Shown: positions 1 to 7,819 of the stretch, piece by piece
How positions within the stretch are numbered: position 1 is the stretch's first letter
How the letters are laid out: each line of letters begins with the position of its first letter
DNA from: a bacterium
Lineage (GTDB): Bacteria; Zixibacteria; MSB-5A5; CAIYYT01
NCBI GenBank assembly: GCA_030631605.1
Contig: DAOVKV010000001.1
Location: 1-60,361, forward strand
Direction: 5' to 3'
Length of the DNA stretch: 60,361 nt
Position numbers and translations under genes: made by a program
Notes under the pieces: generated by a model
The model's database searches: none
Told to the model about the DNA's origin: nothing
What the model saw: only the letters and a program-made list of their open reading frames with translations

Positions 1-863
1 CCGGAGGTCTGCATGCCGACCAGGTGTTGGATTGCGCCCGATATGCCGAGGGCGAAATAGAGCTTGGGATTGACGGTCTTGCCGGTCTGGCCTACCTGGT
101 ACTTATAGGGTATCCAGCCAGCGTCGACGATTGCTCGCGAGGCGCCGACCGCACCACCGACGGCGTCAGCCAGTTCGCGCACATACTTGATATTGTCTGT
201 TTCCTTCAAGCCGCGACCGCCGGAGACGATGATATCCGCCTCAGTCAGGCTTAATTCACCCCCCGCTGCTGTTTCTGCCACTTCGATTTGCAAGGACGAT
301 TTCAACGCCTCAGGCGAAGGACTGAAAGCTTCGATAGTACCGCTTCTTCCTTCATCGATGGTTGCCTCCGGGAAGATTTTTGGTCTGACCGTGGCAATTT
401 GCGGCGTTGACTTGAATTCGACAGTCAGGTGCGCCTTGCCGCCAAAAGCGGGGCGAGTGGCTGTGAGTTTGCCATCCGCTGAGATATCAAGACCGATGCA
501 GTCGGCGGCCAGACTCGCGCCCAGAAGCGCTGCCAACCGGCCAAAGAGCGCCTTACCGTATGAATTGGCGGCGCCCAGGATCACCTGCGGCGCTTTCTCC
601 TTGATTAACTCCGCCAGAATTTGAGCGTAGGAGTCGTCATGGAACTGATCCAGTTCGGCGTTTTCCACTGTATAGCAGACATCCGCTCCCGCACCGATGG
701 CGGTTTTGCCCGGGGATTCAGTGTTACTGCCAAGGATAATCGCTCCGAAACCGCCGGAAAGCTTATCTGCCAGTTGGCGACCGATATTTAACAACTCAAA
801 TGTCGCACCTGAGAGTTTATCACCTTTTTTCTGTGCGAATACCAAAACCTTCAAGTCGCTCAC
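1..863 (-). CDS. etfA: Electron transfer flavoprotein alpha subunit; C-terminus cut by the window edge, so it is absent from the ORF track
   Basis: My translation of the minus strand from GTG at 863 gives VSDLKVLVFAQKKGDKLSGATFELLNIGRQLA...EADIIVSGGRGLKETDNIKYVRELADAVGGAVGASRAIVDAGWIPYKYQVGQTGKTVNPKLYFALGISGAIQHLVGMQTS. This is the EtfA FAD-binding C-terminal signature. The frame is open to position 1. GTGA overlap with the larC stop. Confidence 0.8.
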   Translation of the reverse strand, partial: MSDLKVLVFAQKKGDKLSGATFELLNIGRQLADKLSGGFGAIILGSNTESPGKTAIGAGADVCYTVENAELDQFHDDSYAQILAELIKEKAPQVILGAANSYGKALFGRLAALLGASLAADCIGLDISADGKLTATRPAFGGKAHLTVEFKSTPQIATVRPKIFPEATIDEGRSGTIEAFSPSPEALKSSLQIEVAETAAGGELSLTEADIIVSGGRGLKETDNIKYVRELADAVGGAVGASRAIVDAGWIPYKYQVGQTGKTVNPKLYFALGISGAIQHLVGMQTS

Positions 864-2038
864 GGGAAGTCTCCTTCTATTTTGCCGGCCGCTTGCATCG
901 CCGCCTGATGAGCTTTCGCAAATGACACTCCCGCAGCAGCGGCTACCTTGACTATATCCTCATATTCGGGGCTGAATTTACTCACATCGCCGCCGGAAAG
1001 AAACTTAATTCTTACCTTGCCGTATTCGGTTTGAACCTCTTTGATTTCTCGCGCCAGCTTTCGCCTCTTTTCCATCCGCAGCCGCAGACCGGCGGTGCTG
1101 GAATCGCGCAGGATGATCTCGCTTAATCGTTCGTCATCCTGCCGACGACAGATCACCGACAGCAGGAATCCGGGACGGTTCTTTTTCATCAGCACCGGCG
1201 TAACATAGACATCAAGTGCGCCTTTTTCGAGCAAGCGATTCTGGAGAAAGCCGATAAGCTGCGGCGTGGTGTCGTCGATGTTGGTCTCGATAATTGTGAC
1301 CTCGTCAGTCTCCCAGCCGGCTTGGGCGGAGCCGACAATCAGGCGCAACAGATTGGGTCGATCCGCACCGGCGCGGGTGCCGGCGCCATAGCCGATGTTT
1401 TCGGCTTTTATCTCATAACCAGGTGCGTACTGAGCCAGCTCGACAATGATGGCGGCTCCGGTTGGTGTGGTCATTTCGACGCCGCTGTCAATGCGCCTGA
1501 CCGGAAAGCCCCTGACAATCTCCTGTGTCGCCGGAGCGGGCAGAGGGATCATGCCGTGCGCCGACTTGATTATGCCGCTTCCCAGCAGGATGGCCGATGA
1601 ATAGAGCTTCTTAATACCGAGTTTCTCGAAACCGACCACGGCGGCGACAACATCACAGATGGCATCGACCGCCCCCACTTCATGGAAATGAATCTTCTCT
1701 AAGGGCAGGCCATGCACTTTTGCTTCCGCCTGACCGATACGGCGGAAGATCGCCACCGTTTTCTCCACCAAATGAGTCGCCAGCGTCGACTCGCGCAGGA
1801 TATTTTCTATCGCTACCAGGTTGCGACGAGGCGGATCGGTTTCGCCGGATTGAAAGCGGACACTGATACCTTTCAAGCTATGTCTGTTGACGGTCTCAGT
1901 GACCAGCTTCACACCGGGCAGGTTCAGCCGGTCAAGTTGGGATTGGAGATATTCCGGTTCGCAGCCGGCATCAATGATACTACCAACAATCATATCACCG
2001 GCAGCGCCGGCAAAACAGTCAAGATAACCGATTTTCAT
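860..2038 (-). CDS. larC: Nickel-pincer cofactor biosynthesis protein LarC (DUF111 nickel insertion protein)
   Basis: 392-aa ORF. N-terminus MKIGYLDCFAGAAGDMIVGS, HFHEVGAVDAICDVVA and the C-terminal LarC2-like part are typical of the DUF111/LarC family. larB lies in the same gene chain. Confidence 0.8.
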   Translation of the reverse strand: MKIGYLDCFAGAAGDMIVGSIIDAGCEPEYLQSQLDRLNLPGVKLVTETVNRHSLKGISVRFQSGETDPPRRNLVAIENILRESTLATHLVEKTVAIFRRIGQAEAKVHGLPLEKIHFHEVGAVDAICDVVAAVVGFEKLGIKKLYSSAILLGSGIIKSAHGMIPLPAPATQEIVRGFPVRRIDSGVEMTTPTGAAIIVELAQYAPGYEIKAENIGYGAGTRAGADRPNLLRLIVGSAQAGWETDEVTIIETNIDDTTPQLIGFLQNRLLEKGALDVYVTPVLMKKNRPGFLLSVICRRQDDERLSEIILRDSSTAGLRLRMEKRRKLAREIKEVQTEYGKVRIKFLSGGDVSKFSPEYEDIVKVAAAAGVSFAKAHQAAMQAAGKIEGDFP

Positions 2039-4545
2039 AAGGCTAACAGCGTTTGATCTTTCTTTGATGGGCGACGGCGGGTCCTGGCTGATTTCTCAGG
2101 TTTATCTGTAAGCTCAGCCAGAGACTTGCTTTTGTTCTTAAGGTCAGAGTAATTCTTGCGAAAGTGATTGTAGTAAATGACCTTCCAGCCATCTTTTGCG
2201 AATCGTTCCGCAAACATCGGCATTCTCAGTTTCCTTTGCAGCAATGGGTAACGTTCATCAGGCAGGAGAATGTACCTTTCTATCGACTCAGCAATGTGAG
2301 AACTGCGTTCCAGGACGGACGTAATGGACGTTGAATTTTCAACCTCGAACACCGCCCGGATTCTGTCTTCCTCAAGCCAGATCACATCTATGTTCAAGAT
2401 ATCCTTTAGAGCCTTCCGAGAGTATGGCAGGGAAGCTGCTTCTTTGAATGAGACCAGTGTCCGAAGCTTGTGGTCTCCCTGCGCCGTTCGATACTTCTCT
2501 CCCTGTTCTCTTCTGCCAATCCATATCTTGAACCCAAGCTCTGACCCCAATTCGGCCAGTTCCGCAATCAGGTTGTTGTGTTGCGACAGACTGTCACGGA
2601 CTGATTTCTTAAGCACCCACTCCCCTGAAGATGTCTTTTCCGCATATTCTTTCAGAGTCTCAACAATACTGGTACTGTCGGTCATCAGTGAATTTGGGAA
2701 TTCCAGGTTTACTTGTCGCCACATTTCAGTATAGGTAACTTTGTACTTGCTTGTCAGCAGGCGCAACACGCTTTGTTCAACTCTTTCGCTCAACGGGATT
2801 TCATGGTGCTTAATAATGCTGGGGTCCTTAAACCACCAGCTTTCGCCAACCGCGCTTCCCAACTCCGTGCGGACTAATACAAACACATCATCAAGGCTGT
2901 TTTGCAGAACCGTTTTGACGTCAAAGCCGGGATAGAGTTCGTGGAAAAAACCTTCCCGTGCGAGTACCGGATCGATGTAGTTAATTATCAGCGTATAAGG
3001 AGTAGGCTCCCACCGTTCCGCTAGAAGCCGCTTGGTCGTTTCAATAACAACGGCGCGAAATCTTGATTCGTTCAGACTCTTGCCCCTCTTTCTACCATTT
3101 ATATCATTCAACTTTCTTTGAAAGCGGAGATAGAAATCACCACTGGCGGACCCAAACGGCTGCAACAATGACTTGGCCGACGGACGCGCCAACTCTTGGT
3201 GATGAATCTTCTGGAATTCGAAGTTGGCAAACACTGCCGCCCTGATGGTTGCGTTCCTTACTTTGAAAGTTGGGTTGTGAAAGGTCACCGTGAAGTAGGA
3301 AGCAGGTTTCAGTATGCCGTAAATTTCCTTGAATGTCGCTGAGAGCATACTGTGATAACGTTCAAAATCCTTGTTCTGTCTCTCGTTGTGGATTACTTCG
3401 TCAGTCTCAATTCTCTCCAGGTATTGGTTGTCCTTCTTCAACCAGCAGACCCACATATATGACAATTCACCATACTGTATGGCAGAATCATAGGGGGGAT
3501 CAGTAAAGCAGTAATCACAAAGTACATCATGTTTTGCCAGTTCACGCAAGGTATCAAGCGCCGATGCATTGACGATCAACAGGTCCCGGTTGTTCTTGAC
3601 GAAATCCGTCACATTCCTGGCGATTGTCTTGCCCCGGAAGAGATCATTTGATTCCGCCTTCGCTTTCAAGATTCCCTGATGTCCTTTTACAGCACTCTTG
3701 AACTTGGCCCATACGTGCTGTTCCATGAATATCTTGGCATGCCAATAGCTGTGTTCAAACCAGACACCGCTTAGTGGTCTCGTAGGTCTGTCCGGCATCA
3801 TTTTGGAGCAAAGATGCACCATAGAAGAAAAAGCCATCAGAAACATCTCTCTTAGCTGCTGGTCTTGGATTCTATCAATCTCCGCGCGGATGAGCGCCAG
3901 GGCGTACAGCGCTCTCTGAGTAAATAGGTCATCGATGTTGCGATAGTGTTCTCGTTTCATAAACGGCTGACCGTCGCTATATTCCAGAGGTTGGTTGGGA
4001 TACCAGACTCCCGATTCCTTAAGCTCTTCTGAGACCTCTGCTACCAGCTTTTTGTCCTTTTTTTGTGGTGCGGTATTCTTTCTCCGTTCGTCGCCGCACT
4101 CCGGGCACTTGTATCTGACATCGTTAAGTCTTTCTTTGCCGAGAATATCTCGTTTCCAGATGTAGCACCTGGCTTGAATTTCTGCGCCACAGACTCTGCA
4201 TTTGGTGACATATAATGATTCTATCTTCCCCTTCACTGCTGCTTCGATTTTGGAAAAAGCATCGATTAGGGCCGTTTCTGAAATCAATTCCACTGTAGAG
4301 CGCAGAATGGAGGTGGCAATCGGATTGAGATCGATCGCTATCGCCCGACGGTTGCTCCTTAGAGCTTCAATAGCCGTAACGCCGCTGCCGCAGAATGGGT
4401 CGATCACTATTCCCCCCTCTGGGCAGTAAGTTCTTACAAACTCACCCACGACATTCCATGTTTTGCGCGACCAGAACTTGTGCCAATTGTACAACGGCGT
4501 GTGAGCCGCAGGTGGGACTTGATACTCTATGTGCTTCAATTTCAC
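2035..4545 (-). CDS. N6/N4 DNA methyltransferase with inserted zinc ribbon and a ~230-aa C-terminal nuclease-like extension
   Basis: 836-aa ORF. Motif I VIDPFCGSGVTAIEA at residues ~47-61. C4 ribbon CRVCG...CPECG at residues 116-150. Motif IV CFTDPPY at residues ~346-352, giving an alpha-type order with a ~300-aa spacer. N-terminal YNWHKFWSRKTW resembles Zn-ribbon adenine methylases (COG1743-like, from memory). C-terminus has NIDVIWLEED...AVFEVENSTS. GTG start. 4-nt overlaps with larB (GTGA) and larC (ATGA). Confidence 0.8.
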   Translation of the reverse strand: MKLKHIEYQVPPAAHTPLYNWHKFWSRKTWNVVGEFVRTYCPEGGIVIDPFCGSGVTAIEALRSNRRAIAIDLNPIATSILRSTVELISETALIDAFSKIEAAVKGKIESLYVTKCRVCGAEIQARCYIWKRDILGKERLNDVRYKCPECGDERRKNTAPQKKDKKLVAEVSEELKESGVWYPNQPLEYSDGQPFMKREHYRNIDDLFTQRALYALALIRAEIDRIQDQQLREMFLMAFSSMVHLCSKMMPDRPTRPLSGVWFEHSYWHAKIFMEQHVWAKFKSAVKGHQGILKAKAESNDLFRGKTIARNVTDFVKNNRDLLIVNASALDTLRELAKHDVLCDYCFTDPPYDSAIQYGELSYMWVCWLKKDNQYLERIETDEVIHNERQNKDFERYHSMLSATFKEIYGILKPASYFTVTFHNPTFKVRNATIRAAVFANFEFQKIHHQELARPSAKSLLQPFGSASGDFYLRFQRKLNDINGRKRGKSLNESRFRAVVIETTKRLLAERWEPTPYTLIINYIDPVLAREGFFHELYPGFDVKTVLQNSLDDVFVLVRTELGSAVGESWWFKDPSIIKHHEIPLSERVEQSVLRLLTSKYKVTYTEMWRQVNLEFPNSLMTDSTSIVETLKEYAEKTSSGEWVLKKSVRDSLSQHNNLIAELAELGSELGFKIWIGRREQGEKYRTAQGDHKLRTLVSFKEAASLPYSRKALKDILNIDVIWLEEDRIRAVFEVENSTSITSVLERSSHIAESIERYILLPDERYPLLQRKLRMPMFAERFAKDGWKVIYYNHFRKNYSDLKNKSKSLAELTDKPEKSARTRRRPSKKDQTLLAL

Positions 4546-5300
4546 TTATTCCCCTCTGCCTTCAGTATCCTGATAGCGGCGACGGCAGCGCCGAAACCAT
4601 TGTCGATATTTACCACCGTAACACCGGAAGCGCAGGAATTCAGCATGGCCAGCAGTGCCGCCACGCCGCCGAAAGAGGCGCCATAACCGACCGAGGTGGG
4701 AACGGCAATTACCGGCGCGTCCACCAGTCCGCCGACAACCGAGGCCAGCGCGCCTTCCATCCCCGCCGCGACGATAATCACTTTCGCCGCCCGCAGTTTT
4801 TCCGATTCAGCCAGGACACGGTGGATTCCAGCCACGCCGACATCGTAGAGCCGTTCGGGAAGATACCCCAGCGCCTCGCAGGTTGTCGCCGCCTCTTCGG
4901 CCACGCCAATATCAGAGGTGCCGGCGGTGATAATGAGAATTCCCGAATCCCGCCTTGGCACTTTCCCCAGCAGTGACGCCGTTCGCGCCTGCTTGTTGTA
5001 AGAGAGCCTGGGCAGTTTTTTCTTCAGGGCGCGAAACATCGTCTCGTCGATCCGCGTGATGAACAGAGGGCCTTTGCGTTCGATAATTTTCTCGGCGATG
5101 GCGATAACCTGTTCCGGCTCCTTGCCGGCGGCGAAGATGACTTCCGGGAAACCACAGCGTGATTCCCGCAGATGATCGATCCGGGCGAAACCGATATCCT
5201 CCAGGTTCAACTCTTCTATCAACTCGGCCGCCATGTTGATCTTGAGAGCGCCGCTTTCCACTTCGAGCAGAATTTTCTTCAGTCTCTCCTTTGTCGTCAT
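4542..5300 (-). CDS. larB: Nickel-pincer cofactor biosynthesis protein LarB (PurE/AIR-carboxylase-like)
   Basis: 252-aa ORF. ARIDHLRESRCGFPEVIFAAGK, ITAGTSDIGVAEEA and GVAGIHRVL...IVAAGMEGALASVVGGL are typical of the LarB / PurE-like fold. Confidence 0.8.
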   Translation of the reverse strand: MTTKERLKKILLEVESGALKINMAAELIEELNLEDIGFARIDHLRESRCGFPEVIFAAGKEPEQVIAIAEKIIERKGPLFITRIDETMFRALKKKLPRLSYNKQARTASLLGKVPRRDSGILIITAGTSDIGVAEEAATTCEALGYLPERLYDVGVAGIHRVLAESEKLRAAKVIIVAAGMEGALASVVGGLVDAPVIAVPTSVGYGASFGGVAALLAMLNSCASGVTVVNIDNGFGAAVAAIRILKAEGNK

Positions 5301-6274
5301 GCCGCGTTTTCCTGTATTGTTGCCAGCAGTTCATTAAGATACCCTTCGACTTCGGCGAAGGTGTTAAGCCGAAAGAGACGTTGATCGATTTTCGCTCTGC
5401 TGGTGATACGGCGACAGTACCAGCCCAGAAGTTTACGTGATCTCCTGATCGCCCGCTCTTCGCCGAAGCGTTCGACCAGCAGGCGAACATGTTCAAGACA
5501 GATTGCCACCCGTTCTTCATTTCCGGCTGGCGCTGTCAGCCAGCCGTCGGCAAGAAGCGATTTGATCTCACGAAAAATGAAAGGATTGCCAAATGAGGCG
5601 CGCGCCACCATTACGGCATCACAGCCGGTCTGGTGCATCAAATTAATGGCATCCTCAGCACACCGGATACCGCCGTTACCGATTACCGGAATCGACACCG
5701 TCTCTCTCAACTGGGCGATATGTTCCCAGTGTGATTCCGGTTTGAACTTGTCGCTCTGAGTACGGGCATGAAGGCAGATAAAAGCGGCTCCGGCTCCTTC
5801 GGCTACCTTGCCAACCTCGAGGAAATTCAGATGATTATCATCCCAGCCGGAGCGAATCTTCAGCGATAGGGGGATGTTCACTTTCTTGACAGTAGTCGCT
5901 ATGATGGTCTCCAGCAACGGCAGGTTTTTTAATAGCCCTGCTCCCCCATTTTTCTTAACTACCTTATGCACCGGGCAACCGCAGTTGAGATCGATTGAGT
6001 CGAAGCCGTGCGCTTCAACAACCTCTGCTGCCGCAGCGATTACTTCCGGCTTGCTGCCGAACAACTGGCAGCCGACAGCGTCCTCGCCCTGATATTTCTT
6101 TAGCATATCAATAGTCCGATGGTTGTTTCTGACCAGACCTTCAGCAGAGACCATCTCGGTAAAAGCGTAGTCGGCGCCAAAGTGTTTGGCCAGAAAGCGA
6201 TACGCCGTATCCGATATTCCGGCCAGTGGTGCGGCAAAAACAGAGAGCTGCTTTCTCAAGTTTGGCAGGATCAT
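5297..6274 (-). CDS. dus: tRNA-dihydrouridine synthase
   Basis: 325-aa ORF. LAPLAGISDTAYRFL, FDSIDLNCGCPVHKVVKKNGGAGLL and HARTQSDKF are Dus family motifs. ATGA overlap with the larB start. Confidence 0.85.
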   Translation of the reverse strand: MILPNLRKQLSVFAAPLAGISDTAYRFLAKHFGADYAFTEMVSAEGLVRNNHRTIDMLKKYQGEDAVGCQLFGSKPEVIAAAAEVVEAHGFDSIDLNCGCPVHKVVKKNGGAGLLKNLPLLETIIATTVKKVNIPLSLKIRSGWDDNHLNFLEVGKVAEGAGAAFICLHARTQSDKFKPESHWEHIAQLRETVSIPVIGNGGIRCAEDAINLMHQTGCDAVMVARASFGNPFIFREIKSLLADGWLTAPAGNEERVAICLEHVRLLVERFGEERAIRRSRKLLGWYCRRITSRAKIDQRLFRLNTFAEVEGYLNELLATIQENAA

Positions 6275-6398
6275 GACGAAAATATAATTAGTTGGGTCAT
6301 TACTGGCAAGTTATTTGGGTATAACAAGAAAGCTCAAGTCGCCGCCGGTGATTCACCGGGAGGAGAGGGGAAGGCTGGCGCAGAAAGGAACATTACCA

Positions 6399-7091
6399 AT
6401 GCCTGAGCTGCTGATAAAATTCAAGGATAGAATTATTGAGCGGGTGGTGACCGAAAAACAGCATCTAACGATTGGCCGAACCGCCGACAACGATATCGTT
6501 CTCGACAACCGGGGCATATCGCGTCGACACGCGCAAATAGAATTCTCCGACAATGGCGCCTTGCTGATCGATAATGATAGCCTGAACGGTACTTTCGTGA
6601 ATAAGCATCGGGTGACGGAACAATCGCTGGCCGACCGCGATACCATCACCATCGGCAAATACGACCTGGTCTTTTTCAAGGAATCAGAACAACCTTACCA
6701 GCTTTCCGACATAGAAGGCACAATGCTTCTCAATACACGGAAACAGCGAGATATGGTCAACCGCGACCTGGAAGAGAAGAAACTGACTGCTGCTGCTGGC
6801 GGCTCGATTTTCCTGGAGGTGTTTGGTTCTGAAAAGAAGGTACATCTTCTCGGCCCGGAAACCACCACCCTGGGCAAATCCAACCTGGTCGACATCAGGG
6901 TTGGGGGGTTCTGGCTTCCTAAAGTTCAGGCTAAAGTAGCCAGGGAGGGGCAGTCGTTTACTATTACCAACGTTGGCCGCCGCAGGAAAACCAGGGTCAA
7001 CGGCGAAGTCATCGATAGCCAATCCCTTAAGAATGGTGATATCATTGAGGTCGGGGGTTCAACCTTCCGGTTCATCGAAGGTAAGCAATGA
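6399..7091 (+). CDS. Protein with two FHA domains
   Basis: ATG at 6399 preceded by GAAAGGAA; the track ORF begins earlier at 6315. First FHA: LTIGRTADNDIVLDNRGISRRHAQIEF...NGTFVN...ITIGKYDLVF. Second FHA-like: TLGKSNLVDIRV...TRVNGEVI...GDIIEVGGSTFRF. Confidence 0.8.
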   Translation: MPELLIKFKDRIIERVVTEKQHLTIGRTADNDIVLDNRGISRRHAQIEFSDNGALLIDNDSLNGTFVNKHRVTEQSLADRDTITIGKYDLVFFKESEQPYQLSDIEGTMLLNTRKQRDMVNRDLEEKKLTAAAGGSIFLEVFGSEKKVHLLGPETTTLGKSNLVDIRVGGFWLPKVQAKVAREGQSFTITNVGRRRKTRVNGEVIDSQSLKNGDIIEVGGSTFRFIEGKQ

Positions 7092-7816
7092 AATATGCCC
7101 TGATCTCTGATGTGCACGGAAACCTTCAAGCCTTGCAGGCAGTGCTGAGTGATCTGAGGGATACCGATATCGACGAACTGCTTTTTCTGGGGGACGCAGT
7201 CGGCTACGGCGCCAATCCAAATGAGGTAGTCGACATTGTTGATAGCGAATGTAAGGTCTGTATCGTAGGAAATCACGACGCCAGCGCTCTCGGTTTGACC
7301 AGCACCTATAATTTTAACATTTACGCCAAGGCGTCAATTCATTACACTATTTCAGTACTGGTCCCCAAATCGATCGATTTAATGTCAACATATAGAATGT
7401 CGCACCAGTTTGACGGTATCCTGCTGACGCATGCAACTCCTTCAAGACCCGAGGCCTGGAAATACTGCCTTACCCGCCGCCAGGCAAAGAGTGAGTTCGA
7501 CCATTTCGATACCCAGTTGTGCTTTACCGGTCATACCCATTGGCCGATGATTTTCTCGCGCGGTAGTCAGGGGAACATAGGTGTTGAGCCACCGGGGGAT
7601 TTACTCCTGAAGCCGGACTACAAGTACCTGGTAAATGTGGGATCGGTCGGGCAGCCACGCGATGGTGACCACCGCGCTGCTTATGTCATTTATGATAGTG
7701 ACAAGAAAAAATTGATGTATCGGCGGGTAGCTTATGATATAACCTCTGCTCAGAATGCGATGGCAAAAGCCAAATTACCCCGCTTCCTGATTGACCGCCT
7801 GAGTAGTGGGAGATAG
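7088..7816 (+). CDS. Metallophosphoesterase (calcineurin-like; candidate partner phosphatase)
   Basis: 242-aa ORF. ALISDVHGN, LFLGDAVGYG, VGNHD and GHTH are metallophosphoesterase motifs. ATGA overlap with the FHA gene stop. Confidence 0.75.
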   Translation: MKYALISDVHGNLQALQAVLSDLRDTDIDELLFLGDAVGYGANPNEVVDIVDSECKVCIVGNHDASALGLTSTYNFNIYAKASIHYTISVLVPKSIDLMSTYRMSHQFDGILLTHATPSRPEAWKYCLTRRQAKSEFDHFDTQLCFTGHTHWPMIFSRGSQGNIGVEPPGDLLLKPDYKYLVNVGSVGQPRDGDHRAAYVIYDSDKKKLMYRRVAYDITSAQNAMAKAKLPRFLIDRLSSGR

Positions 7817-7819
7817 GCA

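Noticed and set aside
4395-5520. Overlapping ORFs 4395..4976 (+), 4912..5520 (-) and similar long antisense or out-of-frame ORFs, including 18630..19529, 20672..21259, 35366..36073, 49003..49638 and 49705..50295.
   Set aside because: Each lies wholly within a confidently identified gene on the other strand or frame. Their compositions are Arg/Pro/Gly-rich, which is typical of GC-rich shadow frames.
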